DNA from: Escherichia phage FP43
DNA: 64,000 bases
Reading direction: 5' to 3' (one strand)
Sequence record: MN648445
Part shown: positions 59,706 to 64,000 of the stretch, one piece after another
Numbering within the stretch: position 1 is the stretch's first letter
Layout: the number at the start of each line of letters is the position of its first letter
The notes under the pieces: generated by a model
What the model was told of the DNA's origin: nothing
The model's input: the letters and a program-made list of their open reading frames with translations, nothing else
Database searches by the model: none
Position numbers and translations under genes: made by a program

Positions 59706-61688
59706 TTAACCACCTACAGCACCAATCAGTTCGTCGAAATCGGCACCAGTTGCTGTTGCTACAAAGTTCAACGTAATATAATTTATCGAGCGGGCCGGTT
59801 GTAAGTAGAAAGTAGCTACAAATTCATTACGGTCGATAACTGCTGGGGTGTTATTGGTAGTATCACAAACAACTTTAAAGTTATATACACCACCGAGAGC
59901 TTTAATACCCTGTAGATATTGAGAAGTCTCTGTACGGAAAGAAGAACGGGTAAATGCGTTGTTCAATTCAAACAGGCGATATTTAGATGCTGAACCAATG
60001 TTCGTTTTAACCATATTGAACAAACGACGAACGTTAATACGGTCAAATGGTGAAGGAACAGAAGTGGCAGTTTTATCACCGTACAGAACATACCCATCAC
60101 CACCGGTACCAGTAACAGGGTTAATAGCTTCCTGATACAAACGATCACGTTGTGCTTGGCGAGTTTCAATTGCAAGCTTAATAACGTTAAGAATTTGTCC
60201 ACGGTTATAACCGGCAGGAGACATCCAAGGCTGAGAAATATTGTCTGTGCGAGCACAAAGACCAGCAATATCAGCAGCTAATGGAACCCAACGATTCACA
60301 TCATTATATTTATCATATTGATATTTATAGTTACCGTCAATAGCGGCATAAGTAGAACTTACATTAAAGTTATTATCAGTGTAAGTTCCTGACGCAGTAC
60401 GCCAATCAACCAGATTATCAACTGCACGATTAACAGGAATACCGACTATAGTTGCACGTGGCGGTGAGCAAAGAACCAAGCAATCTTGGCGAGAATCACC
60501 AATTGCTACAACATGTTTCTGAACTGTAGAAGCAACTTCTAAAGATTCACCTGCACAAGAACCTGCAATAAACAACTGCGCATTAACAGATTCGCGGTCA
60601 GCAAACAAATCCCAAGCTTCCATTAAATCGCCAGCGTCAACCGTTTCATTAGATGATAAGCCACCGCCAAGTTTGATTACGCCAGAGAAACCTTTTGGCC
60701 AACCTTGTGCTGTAGCGAAAATATAATTGCTTGCGCCTTTAGCAAAGAAATCATCAATAAAGATATTACTACCATAAATATCGCGTTCACCACGTTTAGT
60801 AGAAAGAACTACACTCTGGACTACAGCATCGTTACGACGAACGATAATTGCATATTGGTCATCAGTTTGTGGGCCATACCCAAAGATTGCTTTAGCAGTA
60901 GATGCGCGAGTACCACCATCAGGATAAATTTTTAACTGGGCTGAAGCACCTTTGTCGTAGTCTGCTTTAGATACGATTTCAATTTCGAGCTGGTCGCCAA
61001 GTTCACCAGGATAAAGAGCAACTACGCCTGGGACACCATATTTTTTAATAGATTCTTGGAAAGTTAGAGAAGTAATAGCTTCTTCAGAAGTTTCAACTTC
61101 AGTTAACAGAATACCCGAATCGGTTACGATAGAACCAATTGTAATAACGCCAGAGAGTCCAGAAGAAGAACTGGCAACTTCGGCGGTCCAGTTAGAACCC
61201 AATGCCGGATATTCATTAATTTCTTTTGCACGAGCAATAATTTTACCGGTTGGGATATAAATGTTAAGAATTTTACCATCGACATCAACTGAAGTGACAT
61301 AACCATCTGCTTCAACAGTTTCGGTCAAATACTTAACGATAATTTTATCACCAACTGCATAGTTACTACCAGCAGCAGAGATTGTGAATTCAATATTGCC
61401 TGCTACAGGAGATGAGTTCTTAGCAGTATCACGGTCAACTGCGCGTACAACACGAAGGTCATTACCATATTGAAGGAAGTTCATAGCAGACATGAAATAA
61501 TCTGCTGTATCCGTATTAGGAGTACCAAACATATCAACCAATGCAACTTCATCAGTGATTTGTTTAATCTGGAATGCAGGTCCCCATTGGAATTTTCCAG
61601 CCAAGGCAGCAGTACCAGTGGAGTTATTAACTACAGTACTCTGTACGGTAGTTTCTTTGAGCTCAACGCCCGGAGAGAGAAGTGACAT
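59706..61688 (-). CDS. 18: gp18 tail sheath protein
   Basis: 660 aa (T4 659). Confidence 0.95.
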   Translation of the reverse strand: MSLLSPGVELKETTVQSTVVNNSTGTAALAGKFQWGPAFQIKQITDEVALVDMFGTPNTDTADYFMSAMNFLQYGNDLRVVRAVDRDTAKNSSPVAGNIEFTISAAGSNYAVGDKIIVKYLTETVEADGYVTSVDVDGKILNIYIPTGKIIARAKEINEYPALGSNWTAEVASSSSGLSGVITIGSIVTDSGILLTEVETSEEAITSLTFQESIKKYGVPGVVALYPGELGDQLEIEIVSKADYDKGASAQLKIYPDGGTRASTAKAIFGYGPQTDDQYAIIVRRNDAVVQSVVLSTKRGERDIYGSNIFIDDFFAKGASNYIFATAQGWPKGFSGVIKLGGGLSSNETVDAGDLMEAWDLFADRESVNAQLFIAGSCAGESLEVASTVQKHVVAIGDSRQDCLVLCSPPRATIVGIPVNRAVDNLVDWRTASGTYTDNNFNVSSTYAAIDGNYKYQYDKYNDVNRWVPLAADIAGLCARTDNISQPWMSPAGYNRGQILNVIKLAIETRQAQRDRLYQEAINPVTGTGGDGYVLYGDKTATSVPSPFDRINVRRLFNMVKTNIGSASKYRLFELNNAFTRSSFRTETSQYLQGIKALGGVYNFKVVCDTTNNTPAVIDRNEFVATFYLQPARSINYITLNFVATATGADFDELIGAVGG

Positions 61689-61715
61689 TTTAATTCCTCT
61701 TAATTTGCTTTATTT

Positions 61716-64000
<2,285 letters not shown>

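Overview
This window is a T4-like (Tequatrovirus-type) myovirus segment, read in the opposite orientation to the standard T4 map. Gene order and protein lengths follow T4 closely: small early ORFs and asiA (+), then holin t and long-tail-fiber genes 38-37-36-35-34 (-), then a long + strand early/middle block (rnh, dsbA, 33, 59, 32, frd, td, nrdA, nrdB, denA, rnlA, alc, two-component spanin, pseT, cd, 31, rIII, 30.x-like ORFs, DNA ligase, alt), baseplate hub genes 54-48-29-28-27-51 (-), 26-25-uvsY (+), uvsW (-), inh-hoc-rnlB (+), and head/tail late genes 24-23-22-21-68-67-20-19-18-17-16 (-, gene 16 truncated at the window end). No tRNA, rRNA, CRISPR array, transposase or integrase was seen. All identifications rest on reading the six-frame translations against remembered T4 proteins; no database search was run. 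Most notable relative to T4 as I recall it: (1) a class I DAHP synthase gene just upstream of cd; (2) thirteen copies of a conserved early-promoter cassette, several embedded in hairpins (PeSL-like), bounding most of the small accessory ORFs; (3) a NADAR-like plus HAD-phosphatase pair upstream of ligase; (4) td and nrdB uninterrupted, with no homing-endonuclease genes; (5) Hoc with four Ig-like domains; (6) a 294-nt noncoding region followed by a small basic ORF absent from the ORF track. Several ORF-track starts are GTG/TTG; I moved these to downstream ATGs where the T4 homologue or the RBS supports it.
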